A stretch of DNA of 24,327 nt from Sulfolobales archaeon (GTDB lineage: Archaea; Thermoproteota; Thermoprotei_A; Sulfolobales; AG1): the NCBI GenBank assembly GCA_038867615.1, contig JAWBYA010000011.1, forward strand, positions 1-24,327. The letters are read 5' to 3'. The notes under the pieces are model-generated. The model made no database searches and was not told where the DNA came from. It was given only the letters and a program-made list of their open reading frames with translations. The translations under genes were made by a program, and so were the position numbers. Below, piece after piece: positions 9,371-17,599 of this stretch; position 1 is the first letter of the stretch, and every line of letters begins with the position of its first letter.

Positions 9371-12292
9371 ATGGCTAGGCTTAGGGGTATATCTAGTGTT
9401 GCTGTCTCCCTCCTGCTCATGGCTATTGTCCTTATTGCGAGTCTATCGGCATATATGATCATGGTTAATAGGCTCTCAATGCTGGGTCTTGAGGCTAGCG
9501 CCCCGCCTGAGAGCTCTCCGTATAGCTTCACAGCAATGATCTACCCAGCGGAGGCTTTGACAGGCTATAAATACTTCCTATCCATAGACATAGCATCTGG
9601 CTACGAGGAGCTCAAGAGATTCGTAGTGCTAGTGCTATATAACACCCCATATGGACAGGCGATAGTCCCAGCAATGGGTGCTGTTACAACAAACACACCT
9701 GGATATAGCCCGCCAACTATGGTTATATCCGAGATAAAGCCTTCATGGGATGCCTCGACCCTCAGCCCCACGATATGCTCCAACATCTACGGCTCCGAGC
9801 AATGGCACAGGGTTCTTGAGATAAGCACGGTATCTATCTCGTGGGCTCCGTGCTACTTGGTGATCCCCCCAGGAGGATCTATACATCTGGGGATATACAC
9901 GGTAGGCACCTTCGACACGATGAACACACCCATAGGGGTTTTCGTATGCACATCCGAGAGGTGTAAATACCAGGGTTTCGAGACGAGTGTGATATCGCCC
10001 CTCTATAGGATCCCAGCACAGCCACCCTGGACAAAGGACACATCACAATGCCAGCTAGTAACCTCCTGGTACGGCTCTCATGGCCCTGATCGGTCTTTTA
10101 GACATGCTGGTTTCATAAACCTTGTCAGGACTAGGGGTAATGATAACATCTACTACACCATTATCGTTAGGCAGCAGGAGACAAATGGATGGGAGGCTGT
10201 TGCCCTAGGAGTCCTACCCCCAGGTTCTAGCTGGTTCTGGCTTGATGAGAATGGGATGCAAGCACTACCGAGATTCGCAAACATAATCGGGGGTATAGAG
10301 ATGAGTGCATATATCTGGTGGGGTGGCTATGCAAACTCAAGGCAGGATTTCGATAACTTCTTCAACTCAAACCCACAGCTATTCTGGAGCGGTTTTGTGA
10401 ACAAGATCTATTTCTATGAGTATGATGGGTGCTGGTGGTGCAGCCCTGTGAGCCCGTTTCCATTCGATAGGAAGGATCTCTTCGCAACAATGACTGTTAT
10501 CAATATAGAGGTTAGGCAGGGGTATGAGGGTCTATGGGGGTTCGCAATAGATAGCGATGACGCAGCAGACGTGATCATCTGCGAGAACAGGGCTAGCAGC
10601 CCTGCTGGAAGGTCTTTGACTCCTCCTCCTCAGTATGTTGAGGATGTCAGGGGTATGTATTTCGAGCACTCCCCAGTATCTATGGTCTTCAGCTACACAG
10701 ACCCACCTATAAGGGCTACGATAACATGTTCAAGAGAGGTTGGAGGGATATGTAGATCCGAGGTGCTATATCCACCTCCAGCGTTTCTCCTCTTCATGCG
10801 CGTCCTCCCAAACCCAGCACCACCAGGGTATCTAGCTGTTGAGACTAGATATGCTTATAACATACCGCCCTATGCTCCGCAGGCTAGGGGAGGGGATGTG
10901 GAGACCTCTGGCTTCCAACCTAACATGCCCATGAACTATGTATCTGCAACAGGTATGAAGATCCTTGAGGCTATGGGCTACCCATACGCAGCCCTTCTCT
11001 ACAATTACCGGGGGGGGTGGGATCTAGATATGGGTCTATATAACAAGACTAATTACCAGTTCTACAGCTTTGTCTATACAAGGGATAGCCTCTATTCCTT
11101 CGGAAGCCTGAGCCTGAGGAGCATATGGGGCTACAAGACAAACTGGATCAATGACTATCCATCCCCCTATGCTGTCGAAACAAAATACTGGGAGCCTAAC
11201 GAATATACGATGCCTGATATATCTAGGGGTGCTTCAAACCCATATAGAATCTCCCTAGACCAGGGCATCATGGATGGGGTGGCTAGCTTCCCAAACAGAG
11301 ACCCCAAGGCACCAGTTCTGATAGCAAGCATAGGCACAGATGTCAATGTTGGCGGGCAGGCTGGGCACAGGATATGCCAGCCATACCCAGGGAACTACGT
11401 GCCCCCGAGATGCGACACTATACAGAGTGCATTCGTGATCCCAGACTACAGCGACCCACAAACACTACAGGGGCGGAGGATAAAGCCATTGATAACCATA
11501 CAGGGATCCACAGGAGACTTCCCAATGGAAAAGACAAGCGTGAATACATGGGCAGAGCATCCTAGGTGGAGGGGGATAGGATATATGATAGAGGCGACCC
11601 ACGATGTGAAAGGAGCATACAAAGGGATCTTCAAATACTTCGTATCAACAACAATACCCGTGATCATAGCAAACATACCAGGCAAAGGAGAGAAAGCACT
11701 ATACGGAGCAACAACAATACTAGCAGGAGTAAACGTAAAATGGCAGGATATAAGAGCAATCGGAGGATCAATATATAAGTGGGAGAAAATAATTCCTTGG
11801 TATGAGAATCTTCATTACTTCGATTCTGTTGATCTTAATGATCCCACCCAGAATAATGATCCACCGATAGGTGCTCCTAGGTCTGGGTATTTCACCCTCT
11901 ACTGGGACAGCTACATGGTAAACCCCAGAGCACCCAAATTCCTAGTATTTGGGGATAGCAGCAGACCTATAGAGAGCATAGAGATGAAGGTTGTATATGC
12001 CCCAGCAGTAACAGGGTTTAATGGCTATTACTGCAGGCTAGACCAGAAATTCTGGATCTTCCCACCCCTGCCTAATCCAAATCGCAGCAGCTGCTATAAC
12101 CTCCTCAACCAGGTGGTCTATGACTGGAGGCAGGTGATGTTCTCATTCGAGAACGTCCCAGAGGATGTTAGGAGATCCAATGAGTTTATCAACAACTACA
12201 TCATGATGCGCTCTAGAGACCCATATACGGGGATGAAACTGCTAACACTACCAAGTCCAGCATTCGCAGTAGCCCTGATCCCAGTTAAATAG
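9371..12292 (+). CDS. Large type IV pilin-like (class III signal peptide) adhesin with PA14-like motif
   Basis: MARLRG|ISSVAVSLLLMAIVLIAS fits the PibD/FlaK cleavage consensus (K/R-G then hydrophobic). GLWGFAIDSDDAADVII resembles the PA14 SDD motif. Rich in P/Y/W/C. Confidence 0.75.
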   Translation: MARLRGISSVAVSLLLMAIVLIASLSAYMIMVNRLSMLGLEASAPPESSPYSFTAMIYPAEALTGYKYFLSIDIASGYEELKRFVVLVLYNTPYGQAIVPAMGAVTTNTPGYSPPTMVISEIKPSWDASTLSPTICSNIYGSEQWHRVLEISTVSISWAPCYLVIPPGGSIHLGIYTVGTFDTMNTPIGVFVCTSERCKYQGFETSVISPLYRIPAQPPWTKDTSQCQLVTSWYGSHGPDRSFRHAGFINLVRTRGNDNIYYTIIVRQQETNGWEAVALGVLPPGSSWFWLDENGMQALPRFANIIGGIEMSAYIWWGGYANSRQDFDNFFNSNPQLFWSGFVNKIYFYEYDGCWWCSPVSPFPFDRKDLFATMTVINIEVRQGYEGLWGFAIDSDDAADVIICENRASSPAGRSLTPPPQYVEDVRGMYFEHSPVSMVFSYTDPPIRATITCSREVGGICRSEVLYPPPAFLLFMRVLPNPAPPGYLAVETRYAYNIPPYAPQARGGDVETSGFQPNMPMNYVSATGMKILEAMGYPYAALLYNYRGGWDLDMGLYNKTNYQFYSFVYTRDSLYSFGSLSLRSIWGYKTNWINDYPSPYAVETKYWEPNEYTMPDISRGASNPYRISLDQGIMDGVASFPNRDPKAPVLIASIGTDVNVGGQAGHRICQPYPGNYVPPRCDTIQSAFVIPDYSDPQTLQGRRIKPLITIQGSTGDFPMEKTSVNTWAEHPRWRGIGYMIEATHDVKGAYKGIFKYFVSTTIPVIIANIPGKGEKALYGATTILAGVNVKWQDIRAIGGSIYKWEKIIPWYENLHYFDSVDLNDPTQNNDPPIGAPRSGYFTLYWDSYMVNPRAPKFLVFGDSSRPIESIEMKVVYAPAVTGFNGYYCRLDQKFWIFPPLPNPNRSSCYNLLNQVVYDWRQVMFSFENVPEDVRRSNEFINNYIMMRSRDPYTGMKLLTLPSPAFAVALIPVK

Positions 12293-12352
12293 CAACCACA
12301 CGATCTATATAAGCTTTTTAACACACAGCTATTATTATTTGGAGGTGATATA

Positions 12353-14101
12353 GTGGTAAGCCCTGTTATCAAGGGGTTAGCCCTAGCAATCCTTGTTATT
12401 ACTGGTTCTGTTGGTGTCTCGTATATCCTTGGCTACTACGATATTGTTGATGTCCCCCTGATCGGTGAATATGCTAGGGCTAAGAGGTTCGAGGATGAGC
12501 TGAAGAAGATGGGGATCATAGTTATAGAGGTTCCACGTGGAAATACTAGTGTTAAATACTACACAGCATTAGCGTCTAGACCCGATTTAGCTCCACCCGA
12601 CCGTGCTCCTTGGTGGGCACATGCCATATGGAATGTGAAGACAGGGCATCCAGACGAGATATCTAGGCTCCTCTTGATGGAGGCTAGGGAGATGGTTAAG
12701 AGGAGCTTCGAGACAGTAGCTGTTTTCCAGAGGGGAGGTGCCAAGATGACTGTTGAGATGCTGAAGAACGGGGAGGGCTATGGATTGACCCTAGCCCACT
12801 ACTATATGCTATGGATCCATGGGGAGGCTCCCCACACAGTTATGCCACTAACAGACTCGCTAGGGTTTAGGCAGATGATCTTCAGATACCTGCCATACAC
12901 AACACCAGATGAGGAGTGGGGGTATAACTGGGCAAGGGCTTTGAATGAGAGCCTAACATGGGAGGACTACAGGAAGATGAGGCTTGAGATGTGTGAGAGA
13001 TCACTTGATAGGGGTGGGATAGCAATGGGAGGGCTACTGTATAGAATGTTGGAATATGCTAGGAAGAACCTTTCTAGGCTGGATGTTGATGGCTATCTAG
13101 AGGCTTGTAAGATGGTTTGGGAGCTCTTCACCATGAGGAGAACAAGCCCATCGCTAGCCCTTCTGATAAGAGCATCACAGCTAGCTGAGAGCAGGACTGG
13201 ACTGCTAATATGGGCAGAACCCGATGGAAAGGGATGGATAAACATATTCATAGCAAGCATAGAGGGAGACCCAAGGGCAGGGGCAGAGCTAGCATATGAG
13301 GTTCTCAAAAACATCTCAACAACATTCAACAGATTTGTCCACCCCTACTTTAGCTATGGGATGGCGACAAGCATAGGAGTATTCATAGGAGCGCCTATAA
13401 AGGATGAGGTGCTGGGACAACTAGCAATAAAGCATGGACTAAAGTGCTACGAATACTATGCAGTATATAACGACTATCTCAACAGAACAGATTATAATGT
13501 TGGCTCCATAGTAGGTGGTTTATGTATGGATGTTTATATAGATGCTTATATCATTGATGATATAAATGTAGTTATCTTTGGTTCTCCTGATTTTCTTAGG
13601 GAGTTCACTAAGGTTGTTTTTGAGCCTGTTGCTAATCCCAAGGCTATCGAGTGGATCAACAATGCAAGGATAAGCTACATAGCATGCCTATATGACATAG
13701 GATGCCCAGACCCCGATGTAAATAATGATGAGGGCTTGGGATTTAGTGCTTTAGCGCTCTATAAGGGTGTTCTTATGGTGCTTGATCTTAGCGCTCCTAA
13801 TGTGTACAAGGATTTCTGGGAGAACCTCGACACATCCAAGTTCCTGTTGGTACTTTTCACAAATACGTCTGAAGAGAATCCTATTGTCGAATTTGAAATG
13901 AACCCTGTTTGGGAGTCCCTTGTAGAGATTGCGCATAATGCGTCATCCTCTGGCAAGTGGATTGTTGGTGTTGTTAGGTATCACCACCCAGCTCTTCTGA
14001 TGGACGATATGAGGGTTGTTGATTTCCCCACCTATACCCCCAAGAACTATGACTACATAGTGGTCTTCGTAGCCCCAGGTCTATCCAAGGTCATTGGATA
14101 G
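12353..14101 (+). CDS. N-terminally membrane-anchored protein of unknown function
   Basis: GGAGGTG RBS before GTG; single hydrophobic N-terminal helix; 582-aa open frame; no motif recognised. Confidence 0.75.
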   Translation: MVSPVIKGLALAILVITGSVGVSYILGYYDIVDVPLIGEYARAKRFEDELKKMGIIVIEVPRGNTSVKYYTALASRPDLAPPDRAPWWAHAIWNVKTGHPDEISRLLLMEAREMVKRSFETVAVFQRGGAKMTVEMLKNGEGYGLTLAHYYMLWIHGEAPHTVMPLTDSLGFRQMIFRYLPYTTPDEEWGYNWARALNESLTWEDYRKMRLEMCERSLDRGGIAMGGLLYRMLEYARKNLSRLDVDGYLEACKMVWELFTMRRTSPSLALLIRASQLAESRTGLLIWAEPDGKGWINIFIASIEGDPRAGAELAYEVLKNISTTFNRFVHPYFSYGMATSIGVFIGAPIKDEVLGQLAIKHGLKCYEYYAVYNDYLNRTDYNVGSIVGGLCMDVYIDAYIIDDINVVIFGSPDFLREFTKVVFEPVANPKAIEWINNARISYIACLYDIGCPDPDVNNDEGLGFSALALYKGVLMVLDLSAPNVYKDFWENLDTSKFLLVLFTNTSEENPIVEFEMNPVWESLVEIAHNASSSGKWIVGVVRYHHPALLMDDMRVVDFPTYTPKNYDYIVVFVAPGLSKVIG

Positions 14102-14152
14102 CTAAGCTTTTTTCTACACGATAAGATTTTCAGCATATATTGTGGTGGCATT

Positions 14153-14410
14153 ATGTCTCAGAAGGGTTTGCAATCCAGAGGTGCCCAACAACAGCCTGTT
14201 CAGCAGCAGCCTCAGAAACCCAAGAGAAAACCAGATCTTGATGAGGAGCTTGTTGGGAGATCTGTGGAGATAGTTGTTATCATCCCTAACCAGGGCTCTC
14301 AGATAATCAGGGGGAGGGTTGTGAACTTCTCAACATACTTTCTAAAGATAGATGCTGGGAACGCAACATACTATGTGAACAAACCCTTCATAGCATATAT
14401 AAAGACATAG
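14153..14410 (+). CDS. Hfq/Sm-like small protein with Q/K-rich N-terminal tail
   Basis: LVGRSVEIVV...IRGRVVNFSTYFLKI...YYVNKPFIAYI parallels Sm1/Sm2 of Hfq (G.I.SFD.F.IL....VYKHAISTI); GGTGG RBS. Confidence 0.7.
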   Translation: MSQKGLQSRGAQQQPVQQQPQKPKRKPDLDEELVGRSVEIVVIIPNQGSQIIRGRVVNFSTYFLKIDAGNATYYVNKPFIAYIKT

Positions 14411-14474
14411 CTGGAGAGCAGGACTTTTTTATTGCCATATCTATATCCCTTTTCAATATATAGTTTGGAGTGCT

Positions 14475-14537
14475 ATGGATACCATCCATATTAGACCAAG
14501 CCCTGAGGAAGATATAGAGACATCTAGGATAGACTGA
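14475..14537 (+). pseudogene. Possible gene start truncated by the IS right end (MDTIHIRPSPEEDIETSRID*)
   Basis: GGAG RBS and AT-rich upstream box; the stop codon is supplied by the element end (CTGA). Confidence 0.3.
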
Positions 14538-14769
14538 CCTCCTCCCCGCCCTGAAGGGCGAGGGTTCCCTCAGGGCGGTTCATTGGTTTGCGGTTTACCG
14601 CCTTCATTCTCATCACTTCATAGCTGGTGGGTTTGGACACCCACCCCGCTCCATTCGTCCAGCGGTAGACCGCGGGCTGGGTCTTCAGCCCATTACCCCT
14701 ATCCCTCGCCGGGGGTTTCCCTCTGCCCCCGGATCCTGGGGACTCGGGGATATGTTAGCCCGCCGAGGC
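14514..14769 (-). ncRNA. Putative omegaRNA scaffold (second type) plus guide from 14533-14514
   Basis: Minus-strand hairpins GGGCTG-AAGACC-CAGCCC, GGTGGGT/ACCCACC and GCGGT/ACCGC; shares CCCCGAG, AGGGGTAA and AAGACC with element 1; ends at the right-end hairpin + TCAG. Confidence 0.65.
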
Positions 14770-14841
14770 TCCAAGGAATTATGAAACAAAAGCTTATAAG
14801 CATTAACAACATCCCCACCCTAAAGGACGAGGCTTTCAGTT
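14534..14841 (-). mobile_element. Non-autonomous IS200/IS605-family element (MITE-like), 308 bp
   Basis: Minus strand: TTAC|AACTGAAAG-CCTCGTCCTTTAGGGTGGGG ... GAAC-CCTCGCCCTTCAGGGCGGGG-AGGAGGTCAG. The guide/cleavage pairs AAAG/TTAC and GAAC/TCAG obey the IS608 pairing rule. Confidence 0.9.
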
Positions 14842-14887
14842 GTAATAGGTGTCCAGCTCTTTCTTTGCTATCCTCTCGATCTCATCC
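14754..14887. repeat. Inverted repeat, arm 2 (pairs with 1-133)
   Basis: Reverse complement of the window start; see arm 1. Confidence 0.95.
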
Positions 14888-15273
14888 TCCCTCCATATAA
14901 GCTTGTGATTGGCAGTTATGATCTCGGCTGTGTGTCCGAGCATCAACCAGCTGAGCCTACCAATGCCGAACATACCTATATACCTATCCCTATCCCTAGC
15001 CTTGAAATCCGTCCCAACAACTAGAAAAGCATCTAGATATTCGCCCTCTATTGGTTTTCCATTGTGCTCAAACGTTAGTGTCTTGCTGCTCGGGTCATAT
15101 CCTATGTCTATCCTTGATGCCCCGGCGTCTATAGCGTTCTGGATCAGCTCTCTGAGGGCGTCAAGAGGTCTTCTATATACTAGCCCTAGCTCCTTGATCG
15201 CCCTGGGTGATACTGTTAGCCTCAGCGACTCCTCCCCCAGATCCTCAGCAAGACCCTTTCTAAACGCCTGCAC
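14836..15273 (-). pseudogene. GHKL (Hsp90/MORC-like HATPase) ATPase, C-terminally truncated at the IS insertion
   Basis: N-box LRELIQNAIDAGA, G1-like EHNGKPI and G2 IGMFGIG are present. The frame ends 2 codons into the IS, before the expected final GT motif. Confidence 0.8.
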
Positions 15274-15330
15274 CGAGGCCCCGATGTTGAGGCGTGTAAA
15301 AGCGGTGTTTAGAGAAAAACCTATGGGCTA

Positions 15331-15371
15331 CTGACCTCCTCCCCGCCCTAAAGAGCGAGGCTTGCCCTGTT
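15331..15371 (-). mobile_element. 41-bp single-hairpin IS200/IS605 remnant (left-end start fused to right-end tail)
   Basis: Minus strand: TGAC|AACAGGG CAAG CCTCGCTC-TTTA-GGGCGGGG AGGAGGTCAG. Confidence 0.75.
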
Positions 15372-15504
15372 GTCATTGTATTGGTGCTAAGATCCTTCAT
15401 GTTGTTGAAGTCCTCTACCAACAGGAGATCCGAGCGGTAGGTGCTATGGTATATTGATCTGTCTCTCCCTGCTTTTTCCTGGATTGTTTTTGGTGGGTAT
15501 GGCT

Positions 15505-16574
15505 CCTTCCATTCTATAGTAGAATTACTATATATCGTGTAACGGTGGAGAACGGGGTTTGGGGAACCTTCCATTCTATAGTAGAATTACTCAGCAGCTC
15601 GTAGCCCGTTATCACTATTATTGAGCCATCTAGCTCCTTCCATTCTATAGTAGAATTACGATAAGAGACTTTATTGGGGGGAGAGGGCAGAGGCTATAAT
15701 ACCTTCCATTCTATAGTAGAATTACCAGGCTGCACGGAAGTTCTATTCTCGACTGTTCCTTCCATTCTATAGTAGAATTACACTATTTCTCTTGGTTGGG
15801 TTTGTTGGGCGGCTTCAGCGGCCCTTCCATTCTATAGTAGAATTACAAGGGCTGGGTATAGGAAGGGAAATCGTGGAAGCAATATTGGGTTATACAGACC
15901 TTCCATTCTATAGTAGAATTACGCTCGCTTGAGCATACCCCGTATTTCCTTCTCATATATTCTCCTTCCATTCTATAGTAGAATTACCTTGGAGCAGTTG
16001 ATAAGCATCTTCTACCCCGTCAACATAGTTCCTTCCATTCTATAGTAGAATTACGCACATCAGCCTTTTAAACCCCGAAACCCCTATACACACCTTCCAT
16101 TCTATAGTAGAATTACTGATCCTGCTCTTCACATCCATCACCTCCACACCTGCATATATCCTTCCATTCTATAGTAGAATTACAGGAATATAGGGAGGAT
16201 ATTAGAAGAGAGAGGATTGTGAACCTTCCATTCTATAGTAGAATTACTGATTATATCCCAGGTTTTCTACTAGTTAGAGCTGGGGAGACCTTCCATTCTA
16301 TAGTAGAATTACATTGCTAGCACCAACAAAATATTCATATTGGGTAAGGACACCACCTTCCATTCTATAGTAGAATTACCCGCTACAGCTAAAAAGAATA
16401 ATAGCCCTACCAGTATCCCTTCCATTCTATAGTAGAATTACTGCTCTCGGGTGGTGTGAAGAACCTTATCACAGCCATCTCCTTCCATTCTATAGTAGAA
16501 TTACAGAGACAGAAGAAAGAGGTGGTCGTGGTGTTCCTCAAAGGAAGATACCTTCCATTCTATAGTAGAATTAC
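15505..16574 (-). CRISPR. CRISPR array: 17 identical 24-bp repeats (GTAATTCTACTATAGAATGGAAGG on the minus strand), 16 spacers of 32-52 bp
   Basis: CCTTCCATTCTATAGTAGAATTAC starts at 15505, 15567, 15636, 15702, 15758, 15823, 15899, 15964, 16031, 16093, 16160, 16224, 16289, 16356, 16418, 16481 and 16551. Orientation inferred from the AT-rich leader at right and the GAAAG-like 3' end. Confidence 0.98.
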
Positions 16575-16918
16575 CGATCAATTTACTCTAATATTTTATT
16601 TCTTATCCAGCTTATAAGCGAAGATCTAGTTTTTTATTCTTTGTTTTTGATGACCACAATGCTTATTAGCTTCAAAAGTTTTTGATCTAGATCATCTTGG
16701 GATCTTCCGGGATGATCCCTCGAGATCTTTTTTCTCTCGGATCTCTTTTTGATCTCTGATCATATGATCTTTTTGATCTCTTTGGATCTTTTTCTCTATT
16801 CTTTCCCGGTTGATTCCGGGATGATCTATGTTTGTGCGTTGTTTTGTTTTTTGTCACATGATCTATTCTTTTGTGTTTCATCATAGTTTTTTATCTTTTC
16901 ATCTGTATCTATTGCTTT
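16575..16918 (-). promoter_or_regulatory. CRISPR leader with TATA-like GCTTATAAGC (16610-16619)
   Basis: AT-rich non-coding stretch between the array and csa3; TATA-like box about 35 nt from the first repeat. Confidence 0.75.
16684..16863. repeat. GATC-dense low-complexity repeat tract
   Basis: 13 GATC in 180 bp; direct repeat TTCCGGGATGATC at 16705 and 16814; GATCTTTTT(T)CTCT at 16724 and 16785. Confidence 0.85.
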
Positions 16919-17599
16919 TTATTTATGTGCTTGCTGTGTTGCCATGTATCTTCCTCTCGATATTCTTGTTACCTGTCCTTTTTCCTCTAAATTCTTCAAT
17001 ATTTTATATGTATATTGCTTCGTCCATCTATAGCCTTTCTCCTCAAGTTTTCTATGTATCTCTGATAGCTTTGCCTTCCCCAGCTCTTTGAGTGTTTCGA
17101 GAACCACTATCTCTGGCTTCACAGCCTCTCTACCATATATATGTGTTACTAGTTCTCCAACGATCTCTCCCCTGGCTGTGATCTCTGGTCCTCCTCCCTC
17201 GACCTCCCACACCAATGAGACCCTCGCAAGCTTTGGTATTATATGCACTATAGCCATGGCTGTGTATGAGACCAGAGCCCTCGTACCGCCTGCCAGCGAT
17301 ATTATCAACTCCTCGTTCTCTCTGAGCTCTTTCGAAGCCCTCTCAACCAGATCCAGTATCTTCTTCACAGCATCGCCGGGATCTAGGATCTCTATTACAA
17401 TAGGCTCTACACGGATTTTGAGAACCTGCAATATCTTCGATAGATCTGCAATAGCGGCGCTAGACCTCTGATCCACGTTACCCCTAATGCTTGAGACTAG
17501 GAGATATGCTATCCTAACCATATCCCTCTCATACATCCTAGAAACGATCCTGACTATATGTCCTATGTCGAAGCCAAGAGCGGCAATCAATATTGACAT
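16919..17599 (-). CDS. csa3: CRISPR-associated CARF-wHTH transcriptional regulator Csa3
   Basis: N-terminal ILIAALGFD and SLAGGTRAL CARF motifs; C-terminal winged HTH (KQYTYKILKNLEEKGQV); divergent from the cas operon. Confidence 0.93.
   Translation of the reverse strand: MSILIAALGFDIGHIVRIVSRMYERDMVRIAYLLVSSIRGNVDQRSSAAIADLSKILQVLKIRVEPIVIEILDPGDAVKKILDLVERASKELRENEELIISLAGGTRALVSYTAMAIVHIIPKLARVSLVWEVEGGGPEITARGEIVGELVTHIYGREAVKPEIVVLETLKELGKAKLSEIHRKLEEKGYRWTKQYTYKILKNLEEKGQVTRISRGRYMATQQAHK

Noticed and set aside
15107-15119. TCTATCCTTGATG in the ATPase gene matches 12 of the first 13 nt of the cassette-2 guide
   Set aside because: It is not preceded by TTAC, the match weakens after 13 nt, and such words are common at this base composition; likely chance.
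15435-15458. Possible degenerate 18th CRISPR repeat
   Set aside because: Only about 13/24 identity, although the spacing is plausible; too weak to call.
15260-15574. 104-aa minus-strand ORF
   Set aside because: It spans CRISPR repeats, a spacer and the IS remnant.
15529-16550. Spacers targeting the adjacent island (self-targeting)
   Set aside because: No convincing match was found by eye. An alignment of all 16 spacers to both strands is needed to exclude it.
16687-17091. ORFs 16687..16884(-) and 16828..17091(+)
   Set aside because: Products of the low-complexity leader tract and of csa3 antisense sequence; biased composition, no motifs.
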